A stretch of DNA of 64,000 bases. Origin: an uncultured Bacilli bacterium (GTDB lineage Bacteria; Bacillota_I; Bacilli_A; RF39; UBA660). The stretch covers positions 35,215-99,214 of the forward strand of contig CAKOSE010000002.1 in NCBI GenBank assembly GCA_934102055.1, written 5' to 3'. Position numbers and translations under genes: made by a program. Numbering within the stretch: the stretch's first letter is position 1; each line of letters begins with the position of its first letter. Positions 1-10,382 of the stretch are shown one piece after another. The notes under the pieces are model-generated. The model saw only the letters and a program-made list of their open reading frames with translations, was not told the DNA's origin and ran no database searches.

Positions 1-606
<606 letters not shown>

Positions 607-632
607 AATAAATTATAACACATATACTCATA

Positions 633-1160
633 CTATTCAATGTATTTTCCTAAAAACTTAGCAGCAATAACACCAGTTTTCATAGAAAAACTATCAATTT
701 CCCCCTCAAAAGACAAAATAATAACAGCACCAATCACATCACCATTACTAATAATTGGAGCAATAACATAACTAATATTTTCTACTATACCATCTATAAT
801 AGAAATATTAGAAATAGCCTTAGAACTAACAACAACTCTCTTTTGAATCATTTCATCAAGTTCCAAAGAAATAGTTTTATCAAAATAATTCTTTTTTAAA
901 TCACCAGACACCGCAACAATCTTATCCCTATCAACAATAATAACACTATTACCAATCTCAGAATAAATAGAATCAACATAATCCTTGTAAAAATCAGGTA
1001 AAGATGAAAGAGGAGAATACTTTTTCAAAACTATATTATCGCTATTTAAAAATATTTCAACTGATTCCCCATCCTTTATTCTAAGCGTTTTCCTTATCTC
1101 TTTTGGAATAACAATTCTACCCAAATCATCAATCCTGCGAATAACTCCCGTAGTCTTCAT
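633..1160 (-). CDS. spoVT: stage V sporulation protein T (AbrB-family regulator with GAF-like C-domain)
   Basis: 175 aa. N-terminus MKTTGVIRRIDDLGRIVIPKEIRKTLRI is the AbrB/SpoVT swapped hairpin. Collinear with B. subtilis SpoVT as I recall it, and pth-mfd-spoVT synteny is kept. Confidence 0.9.
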   Translation of the reverse strand: MKTTGVIRRIDDLGRIVIPKEIRKTLRIKDGESVEIFLNSDNIVLKKYSPLSSLPDFYKDYVDSIYSEIGNSVIIVDRDKIVAVSGDLKKNYFDKTISLELDEMIQKRVVVSSKAISNISIIDGIVENISYVIAPIISNGDVIGAVIILSFEGEIDSFSMKTGVIAAKFLGKYIE

Positions 1161-1314
1161 TCAGTAACCTCACTTTCACTAGTTTATTCTTCACAAAATG
1201 CAAAAAAATATTCTATTTTTCCAAAATAATTCATACTAATATTATAATATTTACTAGCAGACATATTGCATGGTAATTTTTACCAATTGTTGCGTTGAAA
1301 CCACAAAAAAAGAA

Positions 1315-4300
1315 CTATAAAAGTTCCCTTAATAAATCATTAAAATACATAACAACGTGCGAAGAAGCATCCTTATACATAAGCTTAATACCTAACATAT
1401 TATTCCTATAAGAAAAAATAAAATTCTTATTAATCCCTATTCCCTTAACAAAAAACTCCTCATAATTAATACTCTCAGAAATTTTCTTATCAAAAAATAC
1501 CTCTCTATATATATTATTATCAAAAACTCTTACAATTCCTATCCTACTAACAAAACTTTCAAACAATTGTTCATTCATATAAACAAACAAATCATCATCA
1601 ACAGGCCCAAACCTATCTTCAAGTTCCTTTTTCACCTCAAGCAAACTATCATAAGAATCAATAGTATTAATCTTCTTATGAATCTCAATCTTAACATCCT
1701 CGTCAGAAACATAACTATCCTTAATATGAGAAGAAATATTAATATTAAGAGGCTCATCAGAAGAATCAGGAATTTCTTCTCCTTTAAGTCTTAAAACTTC
1801 CTCATTAAGCATTTTAAGATACATATCCATACCAACAGTATCAATAAAACCAGCCTGTTCACTACCAAGAATATCACCAGCACCTCTGATAGATAAATCC
1901 CTAGAAGCAATAGCAAACCCACTTCCAAGAGAAGTAAACTCCTTAATTACTCTAAGTCTCTTCATAGCCTGTTCAGTCAAAACCTTACCCTTTTCATACA
2001 TCAAATAAGCATAAGCAAGCCTATCACTACGACCAACCCTACCACGAATTTGATAAAGTTGACTAAGACCAAACCTATCAGCATCAAGAACAATTAAACT
2101 ATTTACATTAGGAATATCTACCCCAGTCTCAATAATAGTAGTACAAAGAAGAACATCAAACCTACCATTAGTAAAATCATTCATAACATTCTCAAACTGA
2201 TCCTTATTCATCTTACCATGAGCAATTCCAAAAGAAATATCAGGAGCAAGAGTTTTTAAACTAGCAAGTTTCCCATCAATATCAAAAGTCCTATTATATA
2301 AAATAAAAACTTGTCCACCACGTCCAATCTCCTTATAAATAACTTCCCTAACAAGCTTCTTATCAAAAGGAACAACATACGTCGCAACAGACTTTCTATT
2401 TCTAGGAGGAGTCTCAATCAAAGACATATTCTTAATGCCCAAAACAGCCATCTGTAAAGTCCTAGGAATAGGAGTAGCAGTTAGTGTTAAAACATCAACA
2501 TTAGACTTAATTTCCTTAATTTTTTCCTTATGTGCAACACCAAAACGCTGTTCTTCATCAATAACCAAAAGCCCAAGATCCCTAAAAACAACATCATTAC
2601 TAAGACCACGATGAGTACAAAAAACAATATCAATAGAACCATCAAAAAGCCCCTTCAGAGTCTTAGCAATATCCTTAGAAGATACAAATCTATTAAGAAC
2701 ACCAATATTAACAGGATAATTCCTAAAACGATCCAAAGCAGATGTATACTGTTGATTACATAAAAGAGTAGTAGGACACAAATAAAGAACCTGCTTATTA
2801 TCCAAAACAGCCTTAAACATAGCCCTAAAAGCAACCTCAGTTTTACCATAACCCACATCACCACACAAAATCCTATCCATAGGAACAGAACTCTCCATAT
2901 CAGCTTTAATCTCAGAAATAGCCCTCAATTGATCAGAAGTAGCCTCATACTTAAACTCATTCTCAAAAAGTTGTTGAAGAGGAGTATCCTTGCTAAAAGC
3001 AAAACCCTTCCTAAGTTGCCTTTCAGCCTGAACCTTAATAAGACGACTAGCTTCATATTTAATCTTTTCTCTAATCCTTTGCTTAGTCTTAACCCAACTA
3101 GTACTATTAAGAGCATTAACATGAGGAACATAACCATCCTTACCATTATACTTACTAATAAGTTCAATTTTAGAAGCAGGAATATAAAGCTTATCTCCTT
3201 TAGCATACAAAATCTCTAAATAATCAGATAAAACTCCGCCTTTCTTAAGAACCTTAATACCATTATAAATACCTATACCATGAGTATTATGAACAACATA
3301 ATCTCCAACACTTATCCTAGATAAATCACGTATCCTAGATGTATTCCTAAATCTAGTTTTCTTATACTTAACACTCTTCTTACCAAAAAGTTCATGATCA
3401 GATAAAAAAACATATTTAGAAACCTCAAACCCAGAAGAAAGATCACTCCTAACAACATTAACCTTACCATCATATATTGCATCAAAATCAGTAATCACAT
3501 AAGGTAGAGAAATTCCCTCCAAAAACTCATTTATTCTACCAGTCGAAGTACATAAAACAACAGTCTTACATTCAGAAATAGAATCACTAATATACTTATT
3601 AATTAAAGAAAAATTCTCACCAAAAACAGGAACAGTAGAAACATCAAAAGAAACAAAAGATGACACATAATCAATATTAATAGGCATATCAAAATCAAAA
3701 TAATATAAACTATCAAAAGACCTAAAATTCCTTATATCAAAATAATTAACCCCAGTATCAATATTAAACTCATAATCGGAAACAACCATCCTATCATAAG
3801 AAAACTTAATTTGCTCATAATCCTTAAATATAACAATAGGATTACCTAAATAATCACACAAACAAGAATCAAAATACCCAAACCTTTCAGAAAAAGGAAT
3901 AATATTCACTAAAGACACATCAGAAACAGACTTTTGAGAAGAAACATCAAAAAATCTAATAGACTGAATATCATCTCCAAAAAACTCAACCCTAACAGGA
4001 TTATCACAATTAACAGGATAAACATCCAAAACAAATCCCCTAAGAGCAAAATCCCCCATTTGCGATACAACAGAACATCTATTATAACCAATATCACATA
4101 ATCTTTTTATAATATCATCATAAGAAAAAGAACCTCCAACAGAAAGATTAATACAGTTATTATTAAAACTATCAAGTGAAGGAAGTTTCTTTAAATAACC
4201 ACGCATATCAGTAAAAACAATTTTTTTACCACCAGAAGCAATATCATTAAGAACATTAATCCTATCAATTCTAGCTTCTGGACTAATAGAAATATCATTA

Positions 4301-4521
4301 CCTACAGAAATCTCATCATCCTCAAACAAAAGAACATCAGAATCACCACAATAATTATAAAGCTTTCTAGCCTCATATTCATTCGAAGTAACAACCAAAA
4401 AAGAACGATCCATCTTCTCAAAAAGATTCTTCAAAAAAATAACAAAAAAACCACCCGTAATATTAACAATACCTGTGTTATTTTTATATTCAAAATCAGC
4501 AATCTTCTTAAAAATATTCAT
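1315..4521 (-). CDS. mfd: transcription-repair coupling factor
   Basis: About 1068 aa with SF2 helicase motifs GDVGYGKTEVA and DEEQRFG plus a TRCF C-terminus. ATG 4521 follows an AGAGGTGG RBS; the track start at 4530 is an upstream GTG. Confidence 0.95.
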   Translation of the reverse strand: MNIFKKIADFEYKNNTGIVNITGGFFVIFLKNLFEKMDRSFLVVTSNEYEARKLYNYCGDSDVLLFEDDEISVGNDISISPEARIDRINVLNDIASGGKKIVFTDMRGYLKKLPSLDSFNNNCINLSVGGSFSYDDIIKRLCDIGYNRCSVVSQMGDFALRGFVLDVYPVNCDNPVRVEFFGDDIQSIRFFDVSSQKSVSDVSLVNIIPFSERFGYFDSCLCDYLGNPIVIFKDYEQIKFSYDRMVVSDYEFNIDTGVNYFDIRNFRSFDSLYYFDFDMPINIDYVSSFVSFDVSTVPVFGENFSLINKYISDSISECKTVVLCTSTGRINEFLEGISLPYVITDFDAIYDGKVNVVRSDLSSGFEVSKYVFLSDHELFGKKSVKYKKTRFRNTSRIRDLSRISVGDYVVHNTHGIGIYNGIKVLKKGGVLSDYLEILYAKGDKLYIPASKIELISKYNGKDGYVPHVNALNSTSWVKTKQRIREKIKYEASRLIKVQAERQLRKGFAFSKDTPLQQLFENEFKYEATSDQLRAISEIKADMESSVPMDRILCGDVGYGKTEVAFRAMFKAVLDNKQVLYLCPTTLLCNQQYTSALDRFRNYPVNIGVLNRFVSSKDIAKTLKGLFDGSIDIVFCTHRGLSNDVVFRDLGLLVIDEEQRFGVAHKEKIKEIKSNVDVLTLTATPIPRTLQMAVLGIKNMSLIETPPRNRKSVATYVVPFDKKLVREVIYKEIGRGGQVFILYNRTFDIDGKLASLKTLAPDISFGIAHGKMNKDQFENVMNDFTNGRFDVLLCTTIIETGVDIPNVNSLIVLDADRFGLSQLYQIRGRVGRSDRLAYAYLMYEKGKVLTEQAMKRLRVIKEFTSLGSGFAIASRDLSIRGAGDILGSEQAGFIDTVGMDMYLKMLNEEVLRLKGEEIPDSSDEPLNINISSHIKDSYVSDEDVKIEIHKKINTIDSYDSLLEVKKELEDRFGPVDDDLFVYMNEQLFESFVSRIGIVRVFDNNIYREVFFDKKISESINYEEFFVKGIGINKNFIFSYRNNMLGIKLMYKDASSHVVMYFNDLLRELL

Positions 4522-4533
4522 AAGAACCACCTC

Positions 4534-5085
4534 TTAATTATACTTATTCATAACCTTATCAAAAGAAAAATTACAAAAATCATTTAATACATCACAAGTT
4601 CTAGGCAAAATAGAATCTATAAGAGCAAGATCATCTTTACTAAATTTACCTAAAACATAATCAGTAGCCTCCCCATTACTACTAGAAATCCCAATCCTAA
4701 ACCTCTTAAACTCATTAGAACCCAAACACCTCTCTATATTCCTAAGACCATTATGTCCGCCACAAGAACCAAAAAGTCTAAGACGAAACTTTAAAAAAGG
4801 TAAATCTAAATCATCACTAACAACTAAAATATCATTAATATCAATTTTAAAATACTTAACAAAACTAGAAACAACCTCACCAGATAAATTCATAAAAGAC
4901 ATAGGTTTAAGCAAAATAATCTTTTCACCAGAAACAAAAATCTCCGTATAATTACCATTAAATTTAAACTTATCAATACAAGTGTCATGAAACCTAGCAA
5001 AATTATCCAAAATCATAAAACCAAGATTATGTCTAGTATTTTCATACTCCTTACCAGGATTACCAAGACCAACAATCATCTTCAT
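4534..5085 (-). CDS. pth: peptidyl-tRNA hydrolase
   Basis: 183 aa. MKMIVGLGNPG...TRHNLGF and GGHNGLRNI are Pth signatures. Confidence 0.95.
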   Translation of the reverse strand: MKMIVGLGNPGKEYENTRHNLGFMILDNFARFHDTCIDKFKFNGNYTEIFVSGEKIILLKPMSFMNLSGEVVSSFVKYFKIDINDILVVSDDLDLPFLKFRLRLFGSCGGHNGLRNIERCLGSNEFKRFRIGISSSNGEATDYVLGKFSKDDLALIDSILPRTCDVLNDFCNFSFDKVMNKYN

Positions 5086-5093
5086 AAAATCAC

Positions 5094-5879
5094 CTACTCA
5101 TCAACATTAACAACAATAACTTTTGAATTTTCTGTTTCAACTTTATAAGTTCTAGAAAAAAGATCAACAGAAATAACCTTTCCAGGCTCTCCAGAAACAA
5201 CAACTTTCTCATTAACTCTAGGAAGACCCTTCTTATACTCACAATAACAATCATTTTCATAAGTAAGACAACACATTAACCTACCACAAACTCCATTAAT
5301 CTTCTGAGGATTTAAAGCCAAATTTTGATTCTTAGCCATATTGATAGAAACACTATTCATATCATCTAAAAAAGAAGAACAACAAAGCTTTCTACCACAA
5401 GGGCCATATCCCCCAACAGTTTTAGCCTTATCCCTTATGCCAATTTGACGAAGTTCAATCCTAGTCTTATAAACATAAGCAAGTTTCTTAGCAAGATCAC
5501 GAAAATCAACTCTCTCATCTGCCAAAAAATTAAAAACAAGTTGTTTTCTGTCAAAAGTAAAGTAAGCACTCAAAATTTTCATTTCAAGTCCAAGTTCATA
5601 AACAAAATCCTTAGCATCTTCAAGAGCCTTTTTAGCATCATCAAGATTCCTTTCATTCATTACAACATCAGAATCACTAGCAATACGAATAACATCCCCA
5701 AGAGGAACATTAAGCTTAGACTCATCAACATTAACAATATCAGTAATAACCTCACAAAATTGTTCACCACGATCAGTAGAAACAATAACAAAATCACCTT
5801 TCTTAACAATTAAATCATTTATTAAAAAATAACTAATCTTCTTAGAATCATTAACCCTAACACCAATTACCTTTTTCAA
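5094..5879 (-). CDS. yaaT: PSP1-domain protein YaaT/RicT
   Basis: 261 aa. Cys-rich PSP1 core GPCGRKLCCSSF...CGRLMCCLTYE. Sits next to holB as in B. subtilis. Confidence 0.9.
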   Translation of the reverse strand: MKKVIGVRVNDSKKISYFLINDLIVKKGDFVIVSTDRGEQFCEVITDIVNVDESKLNVPLGDVIRIASDSDVVMNERNLDDAKKALEDAKDFVYELGLEMKILSAYFTFDRKQLVFNFLADERVDFRDLAKKLAYVYKTRIELRQIGIRDKAKTVGGYGPCGRKLCCSSFLDDMNSVSINMAKNQNLALNPQKINGVCGRLMCCLTYENDCYCEYKKGLPRVNEKVVVSGEPGKVISVDLFSRTYKVETENSKVIVVNVDE

Positions 5880-5885
5880 AATACA

Positions 5886-6779
5886 TCACTTTCCTTCCAA
5901 CGAAATAATAAAATTATCTAAAAACAAATTAATATTAACATTAAATCTTAACTTTTCAATAAAATCAGTAAAAACATCAACCTTCCTAAATAAATCATCA
6001 ACACTATTACATGAAGTAAAACAAGAAAAATCAAAACAATCAGAAAAATATCTATACTCTCCAAAAACTAAAAAATTAAGAACATCACAATAAAGATAAT
6101 AACCAAAAACCAAAAATTCCCTAACACAACTACTTAAATCATAAAAATTGTCTAAAGTTAAAACAAAAGAACCATTTTCTTCAAAATAATTATAAATACT
6201 AATAAATTTATTACTATAAATATCATAAAATTCATTAAAATCATCAATAGATTCATCTTTATCAAACAAATCTCTAAAAATATTATAAATTACATTACTA
6301 TCATTAACAAGCCTAATAACCTGGCACCTAGAAACAACAGTAGGTAAAACATCTCTAATACTATTACAAAGTAAAATTGCCACAACATCAGAATCAGGTT
6401 CCTCTAAAAACTTAAGCAAACTATTCGAAGCAGATTTATTCATCTTAAAAGCATCTCTAATAATATAAACTTGCTTCTTAGAATCATTAGATTTCATAGA
6501 AAAAGAACTTTTTAAAAAAACAACATCATTCTTCTTTATCCCCTTATCATTACCTATAACCTTAAAATTAGGATAATTACCATTATCTATAAGAAAACAA
6601 ATCTTTTCATCATATACCCCATTACAAATTATAAACTTAGCCAAATCAACAGACAAATCATATCCATAAGAAACATCATTAGTCTCAATTAAATATGCAT
6701 GAGATATTCTTCCGTTACCAAGACCATTCATAAAATAATTATAAAAATTTTTCTGCGATTCCTTATATTTATCTAACAT
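5886..6779 (-). CDS. holB: DNA polymerase III delta-prime subunit
   Basis: 297 aa with clamp-loader features ISHAYLIE, LKFLEEP and VSRCQ. Confidence 0.85.
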   Translation of the reverse strand: MLDKYKESQKNFYNYFMNGLGNGRISHAYLIETNDVSYGYDLSVDLAKFIICNGVYDEKICFLIDNGNYPNFKVIGNDKGIKKNDVVFLKSSFSMKSNDSKKQVYIIRDAFKMNKSASNSLLKFLEEPDSDVVAILLCNSIRDVLPTVVSRCQVIRLVNDSNVIYNIFRDLFDKDESIDDFNEFYDIYSNKFISIYNYFEENGSFVLTLDNFYDLSSCVREFLVFGYYLYCDVLNFLVFGEYRYFSDCFDFSCFTSCNSVDDLFRKVDVFTDFIEKLRFNVNINLFLDNFIISLEGK

Positions 6780-6781
6780 AA

Positions 6782-6976
6782 TTATCCACCACCAAAAAAC
6801 ACTAATAACAACAAAACAAGCATAATAAAACCCGGAACACCTAATAATCCAACTATAACAATAGTAGCAATATTAACAGGAATATAAAGATCAACCCCAA
6901 CAGCCATAGTATCAAAAATATATATGATAAAAGGTGCTATCAAAAAAGATTTCAAAATTCCATATAACTTTTTCAA
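6782..6976 (-). CDS. bofA: BofA-like pro-sigma-K processing inhibitor (small 2-TM protein)
   Basis: DLYIPVNIATIVIVGLLGVPG resembles BofA LHIPINLVTAAISGILGIPG. Position after recR matches B. subtilis. TTG 6976 follows GAGGTG; the track start is 6991. Confidence 0.75.
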   Translation of the reverse strand: MKKLYGILKSFLIAPFIIYIFDTMAVGVDLYIPVNIATIVIVGLLGVPGFIMLVLLLLVFFGGG

Positions 6977-7011
6977 AGGAAAACACCTCAAAAAAATATA
7001 TGATATTTCCC

Positions 7012-7614
7012 TTAATCTAAAACCTCTTTCCTATTTTTAAGAGCAGATTCAAGCGTCAAAGCATCAATATAATCCATATCAGCACCAATAGGAACACCAT
7101 TCGCAATTCGTGATATCACAACATCAACATCAGATAAAATCTTCTTAATATATAAAATAGTAGTATCAGCTTCAATACCTGATTTAATAGCAAAAATAAT
7201 TTCTTTAATACCACCATCTTTTACCCTAGAAACAAGACTAGCAATACTAATATCAGAAGGGCCAATATCATCAAAAGGAGAAATAAGTCCACCCAAAACA
7301 TGATAATAGCCATCAAAATTACCAATTTTTTCCAATAAAAATAAATCTTTAGAATTTTCAACAACAACTAGTACATCCGAATTTCTAGCCTTATCATCAC
7401 AAACAAAACACAAATCACCATCAGTTATACAATTACAAATTTTACATTTTCTAATATCACTCTTGACTCTTTTTAAACTATTCCTAAAATCATCAACATC
7501 TGAATTTTCAAAATCAAAAAGAACAGAAAAAGCCATTCTTTCTGCCGTTTTTTGTCCTATACCAGGAAATTTCTTAAAACTTTCTATCAAATCATTAAGA
7601 CAAACAGGATACAT
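7012..7614 (-). CDS. recR: recombination protein RecR
   Basis: 200 aa with a C4 zinc finger CKICNC...CFVC and a Toprim domain. Confidence 0.95.
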   Translation of the reverse strand: MYPVCLNDLIESFKKFPGIGQKTAERMAFSVLFDFENSDVDDFRNSLKRVKSDIRKCKICNCITDGDLCFVCDDKARNSDVLVVVENSKDLFLLEKIGNFDGYYHVLGGLISPFDDIGPSDISIASLVSRVKDGGIKEIIFAIKSGIEADTTILYIKKILSDVDVVISRIANGVPIGADMDYIDALTLESALKNRKEVLD

Positions 7615-7615
7615 A

Positions 7616-7918
7616 TTACATCAAACCAGGCATCATACTAGAATACTTACCCATTTTTTCAGACATTTTTTTATCAACTTTTGAAAAAGCATCATTAAGA
7701 GCTAAAACAATCATATCCTCAAGCATTGTAATATCATCAGAAATCAATTCCTTAGCAGTATCATCAATCTTAATACTAACAACCTCTTTAGTCCCCTTAA
7801 CTGAAACAGTAACAAGAGAACTCCTTCCCTCAAACGTAGCAGAATCAATCTCATTCTTTATATTAGTAATATCCTTTTGCATAGCTTGAGCTTGTTTCAT
7901 TAAAGCTTGCATATTCAT
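7616..7918 (-). CDS. ybaB: YbaB/EbfC nucleoid-associated protein
   Basis: 100 aa, MNMQALMKQAQAMQKDI. Conserved dnaX-ybaB-recR order. Confidence 0.9.
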   Translation of the reverse strand: MNMQALMKQAQAMQKDITNIKNEIDSATFEGRSSLVTVSVKGTKEVVSIKIDDTAKELISDDITMLEDMIVLALNDAFSKVDKKMSEKMGKYSSMMPGLM

Positions 7919-7930
7919 AACTATTCCTCC

Positions 7931-9586
7931 TTATTTTATTTCAACAATATCATTACCAAATACATCATTAGCAACACTAACAATATCAGATAAATCACTT
8001 GTCTCTTCAACAATTATATCATTATTTTCCTCATTTTGTTCAATATATTTATATATTTTCCCAGATTTAATGTCAGATACATACTTATTCCTTAACTCAA
8101 CCCATTCATCACTAAGAACAAAAGCCAAATTATAAAACTTACCCATAACCAAATTAAATAACAGTTCCAATTTTGCCAAATTTTGGCAAGCATTTTCAAC
8201 AATAGATGAATAATTAGCAGATAAAATAATATCCTTTTCCCCCACTACTTCAACATTAGAATCAAGAAAATACGACACTATAGAAGAAAATTCCTTATTA
8301 TGAACATAATCATTAAAACCTTGCCATTTGCTAATAATATCTTTTTTTAAATCCTTATTAGCCAAAGCAAAAGCATTATTAATAATAATATCAAAATTCT
8401 TATAAACAAAATTAAGTTCATTCCTATTATTTCTAGATTCTTCAATAAACCCATCCGAAGCAGATTTTTCTTCTTTTTTAACTTTAACTTCAACTTCATC
8501 AGATTTTATTTCTTCTTCATTATTAACACTTTTATTTTCACAAATTATTTCCCGGGAAATAATTTTAGAATTTTTCAATTTATTAATAATTTTCAAAACA
8601 CCAATTTCAAAACACAACAGAGGATTAACAGCAAATTTCAATTCATAATTAATAGAACTAAACCCTTCGACCAAAATCAAAACACTATCTAAAGAAGAAT
8701 CAGTAGCAATACTCTTATTTTTCAAAAACAAAAGCATTTGCTCAGTTATCAAATCAACACTTTTTCCATAATTTACCAATTCTTCTATAGAATAAAATGT
8801 ACCCTTAATATCTTTATTAACAATACTATTATAAATGTTTTCAATCACATCATCATTTACCAAACCAACAACATCATAAAATAAATTTTCATCTATTTTA
8901 TTAGAAAAAGAAACAAGTTTATCCAATAAACCAATAGAATCCCTTAAACCACCATTACAATAAGTAGCAATCAAATTTAAAACTTTATCATCAAAAACAA
9001 TATTTTCTTTTTCACATATGTTTTCCAAACAACGAACTATATCATCAACACCAATTCTTTTAAAATCATAACATTGACATCTAGAAATAATAGTTTCAGG
9101 AACCTTATCCAACTCAGTAGTAGCAAGAATAAAAATAACATGTTTAGGAGGTTCCTCTAAAGTTTTTAATAATGCATTAAAAGCACTAACAGATAACATA
9201 TGAACCTCATCAATTATATAAACCTTATATTTAGATACACTAGGCATCAAAACAGCCTTTTCACGAATAGCTCTGATCTCATCAACACCATTATTAGATG
9301 CTGCATCAATTTCAATTATATCTGGATTACTCTTAGAATTAAACAACTGACAACTAGAACATTCATTGCAAGGATTATATCCATCCAAATTAGAGCAATT
9401 AACAATTTTAGCAATTAACTTAGCAATAGTAGTTTTCCCAGTTCCACGCGGACCAGAAAACAAATAAGCATGAAAAAATCTATTGTTTATAACAGAATTT
9501 TTTATAATTTCAACAATATATTTTTGACCATATACTTCATCTAAACTTTTAGGTCTATATTTTCTATACAAAGCCACATAATTCAC
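7931..9586 (-). CDS. dnaX: DNA polymerase III gamma/tau subunit
   Basis: AAA+ motifs GPRGTGKTT, IIDEVHML and SRCQ. Start moved to GTG 9586, with a GGGGGTG RBS 5 nt upstream; homology begins at NYVALYRKYRP. The extra 41 codons in the track overlie the promoter and a parS site. Confidence 0.93.
   Translation of the reverse strand: MNYVALYRKYRPKSLDEVYGQKYIVEIIKNSVINNRFFHAYLFSGPRGTGKTTIAKLIAKIVNCSNLDGYNPCNECSSCQLFNSKSNPDIIEIDAASNNGVDEIRAIREKAVLMPSVSKYKVYIIDEVHMLSVSAFNALLKTLEEPPKHVIFILATTELDKVPETIISRCQCYDFKRIGVDDIVRCLENICEKENIVFDDKVLNLIATYCNGGLRDSIGLLDKLVSFSNKIDENLFYDVVGLVNDDVIENIYNSIVNKDIKGTFYSIEELVNYGKSVDLITEQMLLFLKNKSIATDSSLDSVLILVEGFSSINYELKFAVNPLLCFEIGVLKIINKLKNSKIISREIICENKSVNNEEEIKSDEVEVKVKKEEKSASDGFIEESRNNRNELNFVYKNFDIIINNAFALANKDLKKDIISKWQGFNDYVHNKEFSSIVSYFLDSNVEVVGEKDIILSANYSSIVENACQNLAKLELLFNLVMGKFYNLAFVLSDEWVELRNKYVSDIKSGKIYKYIEQNEENNDIIVEETSDLSDIVSVANDVFGNDIVEIK
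8547..8560. promoter_or_regulatory. Noc-binding-site (NBS) palindrome inside dnaX coding sequence
   Basis: ATTTCCCGGGAAAT is a perfect match to the B. subtilis NBS consensus. It is embedded in the 24-bp palindrome AAATTATTTCCCGGGAAATAATTT (8542-8565) and encodes IISREII of DnaX. Confidence 0.7.
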
Positions 9587-9613
9587 GGTTACACCCCCAA
9601 AAAAGATAATATT

Positions 9614-9624
9614 ATTATAGCACA
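9614..9624 (-). promoter_or_regulatory. extended -10 promoter element for dnaX
   Basis: Minus strand reads TGTGCTATAAT about 28 nt upstream of the GTG start. Confidence 0.5.
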
Positions 9625-9679
9625 CATGCAAAAACATCTTCAATAAAAATAAATACTTTTCAGTCATTAATATAAGTAA

Positions 9680-9695
9680 TGTTTCACGTGAAACA
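9680..9695. promoter_or_regulatory. parS site 1 (perfect)
   Basis: TGTTTCACGTGAAACA. Centre of a 32-bp perfect palindrome at 9672-9703. Confidence 0.85.
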
Positions 9696-9763
9696 TTACT
9701 TATTAACAATATAAATTACTTCACCTAACATTACACTTAAAAATAAATATTTATGCAATCTCA

Positions 9764-9779
9764 TGTTTCACGTGAAACA
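9764..9779. promoter_or_regulatory. parS site 2 (perfect)
   Basis: TGTTTCACGTGAAACA. 22-bp palindrome at 9761-9782. Shares TCATG...CATGATCAT flanks with site 5. Confidence 0.85.
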
Positions 9780-9845
9780 TGATCATTTCTCTTATAAAAA
9801 AATAACAAAATGCAGATCATATGAGAATATAAACATACCCAAATT

Positions 9846-9859
9846 ATTTCCCGGGAAAT
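9846..9859. promoter_or_regulatory. Noc-binding-site palindrome 2
   Basis: ATTTCCCGGGAAAT within a 26-bp perfect palindrome at 9840-9865. Confidence 0.75.
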
Positions 9860-9952
9860 AATTTGTTACACATTCAACACAAAAAAATAACATTTAAGAG
9901 CAAATACATCACCCTTTTCATATTATTGTGACTTATAAATTAACACAACATA

Positions 9953-9968
9953 TGTTTCACGTGAAACA
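9953..9968. promoter_or_regulatory. parS site 3 (perfect)
   Basis: TGTTTCACGTGAAACA. 22-bp palindrome at 9950-9971. Confidence 0.85.
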
Positions 9969-10157
9969 TATATATTGACATCATAAAAATAGCAATAAAA
10001 TTAAGTATATTAATGAAACAACATCTTCACTTTGTTCAAGACAGAAATATGCTTTTAAAATACAACCACAACATATTGGATAGTTATTAACAATCTATAC
10101 TCTAGTTACAAGAATAAACTTCAATTTTTCTATCAATTACACTATTTGTATAGTATA

Positions 10158-10175
10158 GTTTAGTTTAAACTAAAC
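10158..10175. repeat. 18-bp perfect palindrome GTTTAGTTTAAACTAAAC of unknown function
   Basis: Read directly. Lies in the widest gap of the parS array. Shares the 13-mer TAGTTTAGTTTAA with 22708-22720. Confidence 0.6.
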
Positions 10176-10235
10176 ATTTCACATTTTTCACAAATATAAT
10201 AATTGCAAACTAACATTATTTAACACTCTTAACAA

Positions 10236-10251
10236 TGTTTCACGTGAAACA
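10236..10251. promoter_or_regulatory. parS site 4 (perfect)
   Basis: TGTTTCACGTGAAACA. 18-bp palindrome at 10235-10252. Confidence 0.85.
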
Positions 10252-10306
10252 TAAAATTTCACTAATTTACAAATTATCAATTACATATACTCCAATATAT
10301 CAAATT

Positions 10307-10320
10307 ATTTCCCGGGAAAT
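10307..10320. promoter_or_regulatory. Noc-binding-site palindrome 3
   Basis: ATTTCCCGGGAAAT within a 32-bp perfect palindrome at 10298-10329. Confidence 0.75.
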
Positions 10321-10363
10321 AATTTGATACACACTAACTATATATATATTAAAAAGATGATCA

Positions 10364-10379
10364 TGTTTCACGTGAAACA
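10364..10379. promoter_or_regulatory. parS site 5 (perfect), doubling as the tadA terminator hairpin
   Basis: TGTTTCACGTGAAACA at the centre of a 40-bp perfect palindrome (10352-10391). The palindrome includes the tadA stop (10383-10385) and is followed by a T-run on the minus strand. Confidence 0.85.
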
Positions 10380-10382
10380 TGA

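Noticed and set aside
9587-9709. N-terminal 41 codons of the track dnaX ORF
   Set aside because: Homology starts at NYVALYRKYRP. GTG 9586 has a GGGGGTG RBS. The extension overlies an extended -10 promoter and a 32-bp parS palindrome.
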